Below, piece by piece: positions 32,740 through 42,076 of a DNA stretch of 44,240 nucleotides. Below the pieces are notes generated by a model that saw only the letters and a program-made list of their open reading frames with translations, was not told where the DNA came from and made no database searches. This DNA is from an uncultured Mycoplasmatota bacterium. GTDB taxonomy: Bacteria > Bacillota_I > Bacilli_A > RF39 > UBA660. Numbering within the stretch: the stretch's first letter is position 1; each line of letters begins with the position of its first letter. The position numbers and the translations under genes were made by a program. The stretch is taken from NCBI GenBank assembly GCA_946639185.1, contig CAMPBR010000004.1, positions 1 through 44,240 of the forward strand, written 5' to 3'.

Positions 32740-32954
32740 TTTAAAGTATTTTAAACTATTTTTTATATTAAAGTGTTGCTTTTTTTAAAATGATATTATA
32801 TACTTATCTCGACGTTTTGCAAAAATTTATTTATTGGGGCATATAATGCTTAGGGGTACTACATAGAAAAATGTGGCTTTTTTGCGTTGTATAAGAAAGG
32901 AGGTATAATACCCAAATAATAGTTTTTAGGTGTCAAATTTAAATAGGAGGATGT

Positions 32955-33938
32955 ATGAGTTTTATTACAGTAAGGAATCTCAGTAAGACGTTTAAAGTAG
33001 TTAAACGTGATAGTGGTCTAAAGAATGCTTTTAAATCCTTAATAAAAAGAAAAACGACTGAGATAAAAGCAGTAAATGATATTTCATTTGATATTAATGA
33101 AGGCGAAATAGTAGCCTATATTGGACCAAATGGAGCAGGAAAATCTACAACTATTAAAATGCTAACAGGAATACTTAGACCTGATAGCGGAGAAATAATA
33201 GTAGATGGATTCAATCCCTTCAATAATAGAATAAAGTACGTTAAGAATATTGGAGTAGTCTTTGGGCAAAAGTCTCAACTGTGGTGGGATATACCAGTAG
33301 AAGAATCTTTTCTTCTTTTAAAAGACATTTATAAAGTATCAGATGAAGATTATGAATTAAGAAAAGAAGAATTGGTTAAACTATTAAATTTAAAAGATAT
33401 TTTAAAAACACCAGTAAGACAATTAAGTCTAGGACAAAGAATGCGAGCAGAAATAGCGGCATCTTTAATTCATGACCCTAAAATTTTATTTCTAGATGAA
33501 CCTACTATTGGACTTGATGCAATATCCAAAGTAGAAGTTAGAAAATTCATAAAAGAAATAAACAAAAGAAAGAAAGTTACTATCATATTAACTAGTCATG
33601 ATATGACTGATATAGAAGCTTTAACTGATAGAATAATAGTTATTGGACATGGTAAAAAATTATATGATGGTAGACTTCAAGATATTAAAAAGAAATTTAA
33701 TAAAAATAAAAAAGTAGAAATTTTATTTAAAAAAATTTCTAATATTCCAGATATTAAATATACAAAAATAATAGAAAAAAAGAAAAATAAAATACTATTA
33801 GATGTAAATATGGAAAAGAATACCATTTCTAAAGTAATAAGAGAATAATCAAAAGTATGTGAAATAGATGATGTTAATGTAATAGATGAAGATATTGATA
33901 ATATAATAGTTAAACTATATCAGGAATTTGATATATGA
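32955..33938 (+). CDS. ABC transporter ATP-binding protein interrupted by an in-frame TAA at 33846-33848
   Basis: GPNGAGKST, LSLGQRMR, LDEPTIGLD; frame stays open 29 codons past the TAA to a TGA overlapping the next ATG. Confidence 0.85.
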
Positions 33939-34735
33939 GAGCATATTACAGTTATTTTAAAAGTGAACTGATGGTAGGATTACAGTATCGTACTGCAGCT
34001 TTAGCTGGTCTATCAACTCAGTTCTTTTGGGGAATTATATTATCGTTTATTTATACAGCATTTTATTCACATGCTAGTTTAGCTAATTTTAGTATAAATC
34101 AATTAATGTGTTATGTTTGGCTAAATCAAGCTTTCTTTAGTTTAGTATATCCATCTTTAAATGACGGTCAGATTATGAGTCAAATAAAGAATGGTGGAGT
34201 AGCTTATGAGTTATGTAGACCATATGATTTATACTGGTGGTGGTATCTTAAAATGTTATCTAAAAGATATGCATCATGTATGTTAAGATGTTTACCTGTA
34301 TTAATATTTGCAGTTTTATTACCAGTAGGATATAAATTAGTCGCACCAGTATCTATAATTTCACTATTACTATTCATAATATCTTTATTCTTAGGAACTT
34401 TAGTAATAACAGGTATAAACATGATAATACAAAGTATTAGTTTTTTTACAAACGAAGATAAAGGCATAGGAAGTATATTTTATACGTTTATGGCTCTCTT
34501 ATCAGGAATTGCTATACCACTTCCATTACTTCCTGATATTTTAAACACCATTAATTACTTATTACCATTTAGATTAATAAGTGATTTAGCATATCAAACA
34601 TATTCAGGAAGTATGGTATTAAGTAACGTTTTAATAAGTATATTTATGCAAATAATATGGATATTTATATTAATCTTAATTGGAAAATTAATTATGAAGA
34701 AAGTGCTTACTAAAGCATCTATCCAAGGAGGTTAA
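33935..34735 (+). CDS. ABC-2 family permease (DUF990-like)
   Basis: 6 TM; IKNGGVAYELCRP, LSG..IPL..LP, LPF motifs. Confidence 0.85.
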   Translation: MRAYYSYFKSELMVGLQYRTAALAGLSTQFFWGIILSFIYTAFYSHASLANFSINQLMCYVWLNQAFFSLVYPSLNDGQIMSQIKNGGVAYELCRPYDLYWWWYLKMLSKRYASCMLRCLPVLIFAVLLPVGYKLVAPVSIISLLLFIISLFLGTLVITGINMIIQSISFFTNEDKGIGSIFYTFMALLSGIAIPLPLLPDILNTINYLLPFRLISDLAYQTYSGSMVLSNVLISIFMQIIWIFILILIGKLIMKKVLTKASIQGG

Positions 34736-34736
34736 T

Positions 34737-35513
34737 ATGAAACTAATAAAAAATTATTTATCTATGCACTTAAAAGTTAGTCTTGAATATAAATCTTCAT
34801 TTATATTAAGTTGTATATCTCAAGCTATTTATATGTTAGTAGAACTATTTACTATTTATGCTTTATTTTTAAAATTTAAATTGTTAAACACATTTGATAT
34901 TAATGAAATGTTATTAGGATTTTCTACTATTTGGTTAGGCTATTCACTAGCAGAATTATTTGCAAGAGGATTTGATCATTTTGATAAGCTCATTGTTAGA
35001 GGAGATTTTGATTTATTGTTAATTAGACCAAGAAGTATTTTTATCCAAATATTTGGTAGTGATATATGCTATGAAAAGTTTGGCAGAACATTATGTGCAT
35101 TATTAATTTATATTTATAGTGCTTCTAAAGTAATAACTAATCTAACACTACTAAAAATATCATTATTGATTACTATGGTAATAGGATGTTTTATATTAAT
35201 TATATCTTTATTTATAATTGGAGCTAGTTTTTGCTTTGTAACAGTACAAGGAATAGAAGCAATTAATATAATAACTAATGGTACTAAGCAAGTAGCAGAA
35301 TATCCGCTTAGTATCTATAAAAAACCAGTTAGAATGTTTTTTACATTCGTCATACCAATAGTTTTAATTAACTATTATCCAATAAGTTATTTAACAGATA
35401 AAACAGGGAATATATTATATGTATTCATGCCACTTGTAACAATCATTTCATTTATTATAAGTGAATATATATTTCACATAGGTATGAAAAAGTACTGTAG
35501 TACCGGTTCTTAA
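34737..35513 (+). CDS. ABC-2 family permease (DUF990-like)
   Basis: GDFDLLLIRP, YPLSIY, FTFVIP, C-terminal YCSTGS. Confidence 0.85.
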   Translation: MKLIKNYLSMHLKVSLEYKSSFILSCISQAIYMLVELFTIYALFLKFKLLNTFDINEMLLGFSTIWLGYSLAELFARGFDHFDKLIVRGDFDLLLIRPRSIFIQIFGSDICYEKFGRTLCALLIYIYSASKVITNLTLLKISLLITMVIGCFILIISLFIIGASFCFVTVQGIEAINIITNGTKQVAEYPLSIYKKPVRMFFTFVIPIVLINYYPISYLTDKTGNILYVFMPLVTIISFIISEYIFHIGMKKYCSTGS

Positions 35514-35591
35514 TAAAAAAATGTAACAAATAGTTGATTTTTGTAGTACTATATAGTACAATAAAAAGCATAAAAAGAGGGGGAAAACAAG

Positions 35592-35999
35592 ATGGATAAA
35601 CCAAACGCATATTTACAATTGAAAGAAAACTATGAAAAATTATTAAGTGATTATGAAAAAATGATCAAAGTTCTCCAAGTTGAAAATGAAGAAGCAAAAA
35701 AAACAATAGATTGCGCACTTGCATATAAAGAAGATATTGATGTAGTTGAAATGTTTAAAATATTTGCAGATAAACTTGATAGCAATAAAAATCTAAAAAG
35801 AGAAGTTATAAAATTATTAGCAGAATCTATGATTGAAGCAGAAAGTGGAGATAAATGTTTTTCATATGAAACTTATTATTGGTATATGCTTCGATTATTT
35901 GGAAAAGAAAAAGCAAATCAAAATATAGATGAAGTTAATACAGAACGTATCTCAATTGAAAAAAATAAACAATTTACTAAAACCGATTTTTGTTTATAG
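35592..35999 (+). CDS. Hypothetical protein
   Basis: GAGGGGG RBS; 135 aa. Confidence 0.55.
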   Translation: MDKPNAYLQLKENYEKLLSDYEKMIKVLQVENEEAKKTIDCALAYKEDIDVVEMFKIFADKLDSNKNLKREVIKLLAESMIEAESGDKCFSYETYYWYMLRLFGKEKANQNIDEVNTERISIEKNKQFTKTDFCL

Positions 36000-36006
36000 A
36001 AATATA

Positions 36007-36042
36007 AAAAGTAGGGACATCCCTACTTTTTATGTTATAATT
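36007..36042 (+). promoter_or_regulatory. Terminator fused to extended -10 promoter, same module as in the downstream array repeats
   Basis: AAAAGTAGG-GACATC-CCTACTTTT-TA-TGTTATAATT. Confidence 0.7.
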
Positions 36043-36064
36043 AACTTAAGATAAAGGTGTTTAT

Positions 36065-36469
36065 ATGTTTGAAGATTATTATTATGGAAAAATAGTTAAT
36101 TGTACTAAATCAGGATATAAAGAAGTAGTAGGAGAGAATGGTATTAAATATATAGTTTTTTCTCTTCCTAGACTTGAAAATACTGGTTATACATTATGTA
36201 AAAAAGATAATTATAAATATATTGATATAAGAAATAATAGAAGAGTAGATAAATTCTATCGCTATGAAATGCTAGAAAAGTGTAATTCATATTTTAAAGA
36301 TATAATACCGATTCAAAAAGCATTAAAACAATTTACTTTAAAAGAAAAACTCCAAATAATTAAAACAATTATTTTAATTGAAACAACAGCTAAATTAGGT
36401 AAAATGACTAGAATTGAGAAAGGAAAAAGCAATAAAGTATTATCAAAACAAGATAATATAAAAAAGTAG
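36065..36469 (+). CDS. Hypothetical protein
   Basis: AAGGTG RBS; 134 aa. Confidence 0.55.
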   Translation: MFEDYYYGKIVNCTKSGYKEVVGENGIKYIVFSLPRLENTGYTLCKKDNYKYIDIRNNRRVDKFYRYEMLEKCNSYFKDIIPIQKALKQFTLKEKLQIIKTIILIETTAKLGKMTRIEKGKSNKVLSKQDNIKK

Positions 36470-36476
36470 GTGAATC

Positions 36477-37478
36477 CTACTTCTTTTTTATGTACGTATT
36501 ATTATTTTTAAATAAAGTTTCATTAAGCATATTTTTTAATAATTCTGAAAAGTACTGTGTAGAAAATGTTTCTTTAAATAAAAATTTTCTATTTATTAAA
36601 CAAGCGTAATCTAATAAATTTTTTTCTAATTCTTTTTTAGTTATCATTTGATTTTTATAGTCTTCTAATAGTTTATTAGCATAACAGTTTAATAAGTATT
36701 TTCTAACTTCATCTCTTATTTTAGGTCTCTTAAACAGTAATGTAAAATAGTATTTAACATCTACATCTGTATTATATAAAAAGTTCATAGTATCTTCCTG
36801 AGAAGAGTAGTAAACTAATGTATCAACTAAAGTATTTAAATCAGCTTTTAAATAGTATCTTTCCATTTTATACTGGCTAATTATCATTTCTAATGCTTCA
36901 ACTATTTTACGCTGTTCTCTATATACAAATTTATTCCCTTTTTGATATCTAAAATTTAATAGCTCGGTATAACCTTCATTAATCCCAGTCCCGACTGAAA
37001 CTATTTTATTATTATATATAATAAAGTATTTTTTTAAGCCAGTTGCAATGAAAATATAATCATCAGTTTCTATAAAGTAACTACCTGTAGAATGGAATAA
37101 TTCATGTGTTAAATTTTTAGGATTGAATGAATATAATGTTATAACATTTTTTTGAGCATCATATTTTCCATCTGCTGAAGTAAATATATTAAAAAATCTT
37201 TTTATTTTTAATTGTTTTAAATTGTTATAAAATAAAGCTAATTCTTCAGGAGTAAAAATTTCTTCTAATTTAATACAAAAATCTTTTACTGTTTTTGTAT
37301 TTTTTCCAAAGTTGATTGAATTTATATCAAAATTATAATCGACATTGATATTTTCTTTTTCTTTTGGGGTAAATAATATATCATCATATGTATATTTTGG
37401 TTCTTTACTTGCTGCTATATTTTTACCAATTGTACCTGATAATAAAATAGAAAAAATATATAAATCTACAATATTCAT
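36477..37478 (-). CDS. Putative zincin metallopeptidase
   Basis: THELFH (HExxH) with downstream GINEGYTE. Confidence 0.6.
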   Translation of the reverse strand: MNIVDLYIFSILLSGTIGKNIAASKEPKYTYDDILFTPKEKENINVDYNFDINSINFGKNTKTVKDFCIKLEEIFTPEELALFYNNLKQLKIKRFFNIFTSADGKYDAQKNVITLYSFNPKNLTHELFHSTGSYFIETDDYIFIATGLKKYFIIYNNKIVSVGTGINEGYTELLNFRYQKGNKFVYREQRKIVEALEMIISQYKMERYYLKADLNTLVDTLVYYSSQEDTMNFLYNTDVDVKYYFTLLFKRPKIRDEVRKYLLNCYANKLLEDYKNQMITKKELEKNLLDYACLINRKFLFKETFSTQYFSELLKNMLNETLFKNNNTYIKKK

Positions 37479-37545
37479 ATTATTATCCCCCTTCTTATGC
37501 CACTTATTATATATACATATTGTTAATAATTCAAGTATATTATTA

Positions 37546-37652
37546 TTTTTTATGTTATAATCAATATAGTTTGAAAAAAGTTGATCAAAATAAACGCCGA
37601 AAAATGATTTAATAAAACCGTAATCAATTGGTATCCTAAACAGATGCCTTAG
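37546..37652 (+). repeat. Array repeat copy 1 (degenerate): promoter plus rbgA-like 5' remnant
   Basis: TGTTATAAT, AAAAGTTGATCAAAATAAA (cf. AAGGAGTTGATCCAAATGAA), 37611-37652 translates NKTVINWYPKQMP-stop. Confidence 0.7.
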
Positions 37653-37667
37653 AAAGAAGTGATATAA

Positions 37668-39365
37668 TTGATAAATTTTAATGATATCAAGTATGAAAGA
37701 ATAGATTATGATAAAACTAGTATTATTATTGTTGATTTAATAGAGAAACTTACTAGTTGCAATGATTTTGATGAATATATTGAAATAGTAAGAACAATAA
37801 ATAATATGCAAAACCATATCGAAGAAATGTATGATTATGCTGATATTAAAAATATGAGAAATGTAGATGATGAGTATTTTAAGAATGAAATAGAGTATTG
37901 GAATTCTATAAAAATAAAATTTGATTCATTATTTTTACCATTTTATAATGAATTAAATAATTCAAAATTTAAAGAAGAATTATTAAAATATTTACCATCT
38001 AATTTCTTTAAAATTATAGAATACCAATCAAGAATAACATCTGATGAAATAGCTGATTTAGTAAAACAAGAAAATGAATTAAAAATGAATTATAGAAATC
38101 TAAATAAAACTAAAATTGAATTTGATGGAGAAGAAAAAACTATTGGCTCTATAAGTGGATTATTTTCTAATAAAGATAGAAATATAAGAAAAAAAGCCCA
38201 TGATACCATTAATGATTTCTATTATAGTAAGCAAAAAGAATACGATAATATATTATATAATTTAATTACTATTAGAAATAAAATAGCTAAACAATTAGGA
38301 TTTAATAATTATGTAGAATATAGTCTTTATAAATTAAAAAGATTTGATTATGATTATAAAGATATAAACATGTTTAGGAATAATATTATTAAACATATAA
38401 TACCTATATGCAGTATGATGAATGAGTACAAAAAGAAAGAATTAAAATTAGATGAATTAAAGTATTATGATACTGTTTTCTTTAGTAAAACACCTGAAAT
38501 AAACGTATATGGAACTAGTTTATTAAGCAAATTAAAATATTCTTTTAGTGGGGTAGATGATGAATTATCAAACTTATTTAATAATATGGTTGATAATGAT
38601 TATATTGACTTAGAAACAAGAGACAATAAAGTTAATTTTTCAATTACCAATTATTTAACTGAATCTTGTATTCCTGTTATAACTGGTAATTATAAAAATA
38701 ATTATTTAGATGTTCAAACAACTACTCATGAAATGGGGCATTCATTTCAAAAATACTGTGCATCTATTAAAGATAAAGATTATATTGTTTCACCATTATT
38801 AAAATATCCAACCATGGAAGTTGCTGAAATATTTTCATACAGTATGGAACTTATTATGATGAAGTATGTAAGTAATTTATTTAATGAAGACGATTATAAG
38901 AAATATTGTTTTATCAAAATATATAATTTACTAAGTAATTTACCTTATATTTGTTTAGTAGATGAATTCCAAGAAAGCATTTATTCTAATCAAAATTTAA
39001 AAATAGAAGATATTAGAAAAACATGGCTTAAACTAGTTAAAAAATATCATTTAGAAGGTAGTAATAGTGGTCATATAAATCTAGATGCAGGTGGCTATTT
39101 TTATAGACAATCGCATATATATTTAGATCCATTTTATTATATTGATTATGCTTTATCATATTTTGGAGCTTTTTCAATCTGGAGTAAATCAAAAAACAGT
39201 TTAGATATTTTTAAACAAGTAGGAAGCATAGCATCATATTATTCCTTTAAAGAATTAATAGATAAATATAATCTACCTAATCCTTTTGATGAAAAAGTTG
39301 TGGAAGAAGTTTCAAATACACTTAAAAATGAATTAGAATTAAAAGAAAGTAAAATACATAGATAA
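37668..39365 (+). CDS. M3 family oligoendopeptidase
   Basis: TTHEMGH, EVAE..S..MEL, QSHIYLDPFYYIDYAL. Confidence 0.88.
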   Translation: MINFNDIKYERIDYDKTSIIIVDLIEKLTSCNDFDEYIEIVRTINNMQNHIEEMYDYADIKNMRNVDDEYFKNEIEYWNSIKIKFDSLFLPFYNELNNSKFKEELLKYLPSNFFKIIEYQSRITSDEIADLVKQENELKMNYRNLNKTKIEFDGEEKTIGSISGLFSNKDRNIRKKAHDTINDFYYSKQKEYDNILYNLITIRNKIAKQLGFNNYVEYSLYKLKRFDYDYKDINMFRNNIIKHIIPICSMMNEYKKKELKLDELKYYDTVFFSKTPEINVYGTSLLSKLKYSFSGVDDELSNLFNNMVDNDYIDLETRDNKVNFSITNYLTESCIPVITGNYKNNYLDVQTTTHEMGHSFQKYCASIKDKDYIVSPLLKYPTMEVAEIFSYSMELIMMKYVSNLFNEDDYKKYCFIKIYNLLSNLPYICLVDEFQESIYSNQNLKIEDIRKTWLKLVKKYHLEGSNSGHINLDAGGYFYRQSHIYLDPFYYIDYALSYFGAFSIWSKSKNSLDIFKQVGSIASYYSFKELIDKYNLPNPFDEKVVEEVSNTLKNELELKESKIHR

Positions 39366-39495
39366 TACTTATTTAAAGTAGGAGTAAAATCCTACTTTTT
39401 ATGTTATAATTATTTATAGATTTAAAGAAGTTGAGTAGGATGAATGAAAATAAAACTAATATAAATTGGTTGGTGTTTATTTAGTCTAAGATTTA
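39363..39495 (+). repeat. Array repeat copy 2 (terminator, promoter, mini-ORF MNENKTNINWLVFI at 39440-39484, short arm)
   Basis: AAAGTAGGAGTAAAATCCTACTTTTTATGTTATAAT...ATGAATGAAAATAAAACTAATATAAATTGGTTGGTGTTTATTTAGTCTAAGATTTA. Confidence 0.92.
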
Positions 39496-39512
39496 GTAAA
39501 AGAGGTGATTAT

Positions 39513-40382
39513 ATGATTTTAATAGATGATATAGATAGTGCATTTGAATATTATGATTTAGATGATAAATATAGAGTTAGATGTTATAAATGTGCAAGTA
39601 GTATTAATTCAAATAAATTATTTTTAGATTCATTTAATAAAATGTATAATCTTTTAAATAATGAAGATTTTTCCAAAATAAAAGAACTTTGGAAATATAA
39701 AGAAGTGAATGAACTATTTCCAAATCATATTGATCCTTTTGTTACTAATTTAATGATTTTATTAAGTTATAAAACAAGTCAAGCAAATATTATAAAATAT
39801 AAGTTAGATCAAGAACAAATTGGTATTAATAAAAATAGAATAAAAGAGTGTTTCGTAAATGATTTAGAAAGAAGAAATTATGGCAGTGTTAGAATATCAC
39901 AAATGTTATGGGCTTATTATTTTGTTAGAGTTAAATTAATTGAAGTTGGTAGATTACAATATGAATTATTAGAAACAATTAATGATGAATCAATTATAAA
40001 AATACATATTCCTGGTTGTAATAAATTAGATTTCGACAAAGTAATAGATTCTATTGAATTGTCAAAAGAAAAATTAAGGGAAGTATTTCATATTAATAAT
40101 ATAGTTTTTAAATGTAATTCATGGTTGTTAAGTAATCAGTTAAATAAATTAATAGATAAAAATACAAATATATATAAATTTTATAGTTTATTTGATGTTT
40201 TAGATGGTGAAGAATGCACTCATGATTTATTAAACTTTGTATTTAATATAAAAGAATGTAATAATTATAATGAATTACCAGAAGAAACAAGTCTTCAAAA
40301 AATAATAAAAAATGAATTAATTAATGGTACAGTATTTAATATTGGAATTGGTACTTTAAAAGGAGTTGATTCAAATGAATGA
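39513..40382 (+). CDS. Acyltransferase-domain protein (DUF5596/GNAT-like)
   Basis: GRLQYE, IHIP, F.CNSWLL, TSLQ motifs. Confidence 0.7.
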   Translation: MILIDDIDSAFEYYDLDDKYRVRCYKCASSINSNKLFLDSFNKMYNLLNNEDFSKIKELWKYKEVNELFPNHIDPFVTNLMILLSYKTSQANIIKYKLDQEQIGINKNRIKECFVNDLERRNYGSVRISQMLWAYYFVRVKLIEVGRLQYELLETINDESIIKIHIPGCNKLDFDKVIDSIELSKEKLREVFHINNIVFKCNSWLLSNQLNKLIDKNTNIYKFYSLFDVLDGEECTHDLLNFVFNIKECNNYNELPEETSLQKIIKNELINGTVFNIGIGTLKGVDSNE

Positions 40383-40430
40383 AAATAAAACTAATATAAA
40401 CTGGTTGGTGTTTATTTAGTCTAAGATTTA
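40355..40430 (+). repeat. Array repeat copy 3 (RBS, mini-ORF 40375-40419, short arm)
   Basis: AAAGGAGTTGATTCAAATGAATGAAAATAAAACTAATATAAACTGGTTGGTGTTTATTTAGTCTAAGATTTA. Confidence 0.92.
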
Positions 40431-40446
40431 AAATGAGGTGAATAAA

Positions 40447-40962
40447 ATGGAAAATATAATAATAAACGATTCCAATTTAAATAATGATGAAATTCAAAAA
40501 TTTGGAAATAAAGTAAGAGCCATTTTATTATCTGATAATAAAATATTAGTCTCGCATTATGGTGGAGTTATTTTATTACCAGGTGGATCAATTGATAAAG
40601 GTGAAACAGCAGATGATGCTATTATTAGAGAATTAAAAGAAGAAACGGGAATTGTCTATGATTTGAATAGTTTAAAAGAGTTATTATTACTTGAGTTTTA
40701 TCAACCTAATTATCCAACTAGAAGAGATGAGGTTATAAATAGATTAGTTAGAACTAAGTTTTATTTTGGACAATATAGAGGTATTGATTTAAAAAACATT
40801 AATAGAACTGAAAATGAAATAGAAGATAATTTTCATTTAGATTTAATAGAGTTAGATGAGTTTGCTTCGTTGACAAATGAATCTTCTGATAATCCAAGAA
40901 AAAAATATTTTGATAGGGAGAATCAAGAAGTAATAAGGGTATTAAAAAAAGTTAGAAATTAA
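40447..40962 (+). CDS. NUDIX hydrolase
   Basis: Nudix box PGGSIDKGETADDAIIRELKEETG; GAGGTG RBS. Confidence 0.92.
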   Translation: MENIIINDSNLNNDEIQKFGNKVRAILLSDNKILVSHYGGVILLPGGSIDKGETADDAIIRELKEETGIVYDLNSLKELLLLEFYQPNYPTRRDEVINRLVRTKFYFGQYRGIDLKNINRTENEIEDNFHLDLIELDEFASLTNESSDNPRKKYFDRENQEVIRVLKKVRN

Positions 40963-41163
40963 AGGAGAAAATCCAAATGAATGAAAATAAAACTAATATA
41001 AACTGGTTGATATTGATTTAGTCTAGCCATTCATGAAACTCCTATAAAATAAGGAAAAACAAGTATATGCTTATTACATAATTTAATAAGACTACGTAAA
41101 ATAAAGATAAAAAATAATAAAAAAGTATCAAAAATAGCATAGTATTTGATACTTGGTATTGAC
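40959..41163 (+). repeat. Array repeat copy 4 (RBS, mini-ORF 40977-41021, long arm)
   Basis: Core plus GTCTAGCCATTCATGAAACTCCTATAAAATAAGGAAAAACAAGTATATGCTTATT...GCATAGTATTTGATACTTGGTATTGAC. Confidence 0.92.
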
Positions 41164-41275
41164 GGTTAATCTTTTAATAATTAGATAGAAATATCTGATT
41201 ATTATTTGCAGAGTTATTTACTAAAAAAATTTTTTATGATAGAATATAATACAATTTATTTGAGGTGAAAACTAT

Positions 41276-42076
41276 ATGGAAAGAATTAATCCTATCGATA
41301 TAATTTTAAAATTTATTGATAAAATGGGCTACTTGAAAAATGAACATGTATTAGGTTGTTTTTTCTATGGTAGTTTTCTAACTGGATTTAATAATAATAC
41401 TTCTGATATAGATTTACATATAATATTTGATAATGATGATCCTAAGCATTTAATTCGTGGTAACAATTATATAGATGGAATCAGAATTGAATATTTTGAA
41501 AAACCTATTAATGATTTATATCTTTCTGTAGATAATGACTTCAATAATCAAAATAATGCACTACTATCAATTGTTGGTACTTCAAAAATAATATTTGATA
41601 AAAACGGTGAATTAAGTAAATTACAACAATATACTTTAAATAAGTTTTCTAAACCTTTACCACCACTTGATGATGAAGATGCTAGAGAATATGTTTCAAT
41701 TTTGAATAATCGTATTGAAAAATTAGAAAATGCTGCAAATGATAATAGTCCTTATTTTTATCATTTATATCACTTAACAATTGAAAAAATAAGAAAGTAT
41801 TATCATAGATTAAATGGCATGCCTGAAGTTCAAACATCGAAAGTATTTAGAGTTTATACTGACGAAGAATACAGAAAATCATTTTATAAGAATAATATTC
41901 CAGAAGATGAATTTATTTCAATGTATTTAGATGCTATATGCGATACTAGTATTGATATTCAAAGTAAACTTACTAAAGTTAAAAATTTATATAACTATTC
42001 AAAAAGAAATGTTTCGTTAGATGAGAATAATTATCAAATTCTTATAAAATCTCGAAATAATAATATTAAAAGATAA
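41276..42076 (+). CDS. Pol-beta-type nucleotidyltransferase domain protein
   Basis: FYGSFLTG...SDIDLHI and IEYF motifs, helical C-terminal domain. Confidence 0.85.
   Translation: MERINPIDIILKFIDKMGYLKNEHVLGCFFYGSFLTGFNNNTSDIDLHIIFDNDDPKHLIRGNNYIDGIRIEYFEKPINDLYLSVDNDFNNQNNALLSIVGTSKIIFDKNGELSKLQQYTLNKFSKPLPPLDDEDAREYVSILNNRIEKLENAANDNSPYFYHLYHLTIEKIRKYYHRLNGMPEVQTSKVFRVYTDEEYRKSFYKNNIPEDEFISMYLDAICDTSIDIQSKLTKVKNLYNYSKRNVSLDENNYQILIKSRNNNIKR

Noticed and set aside
41037-41064. Similarity of AACTCCTATAA to the XerC arm of Firmicute dif (ACTTCCTATAA)
   Set aside because: The XerD arm (TTATGTAAACT) is absent, so a pdif-type module is not supported.
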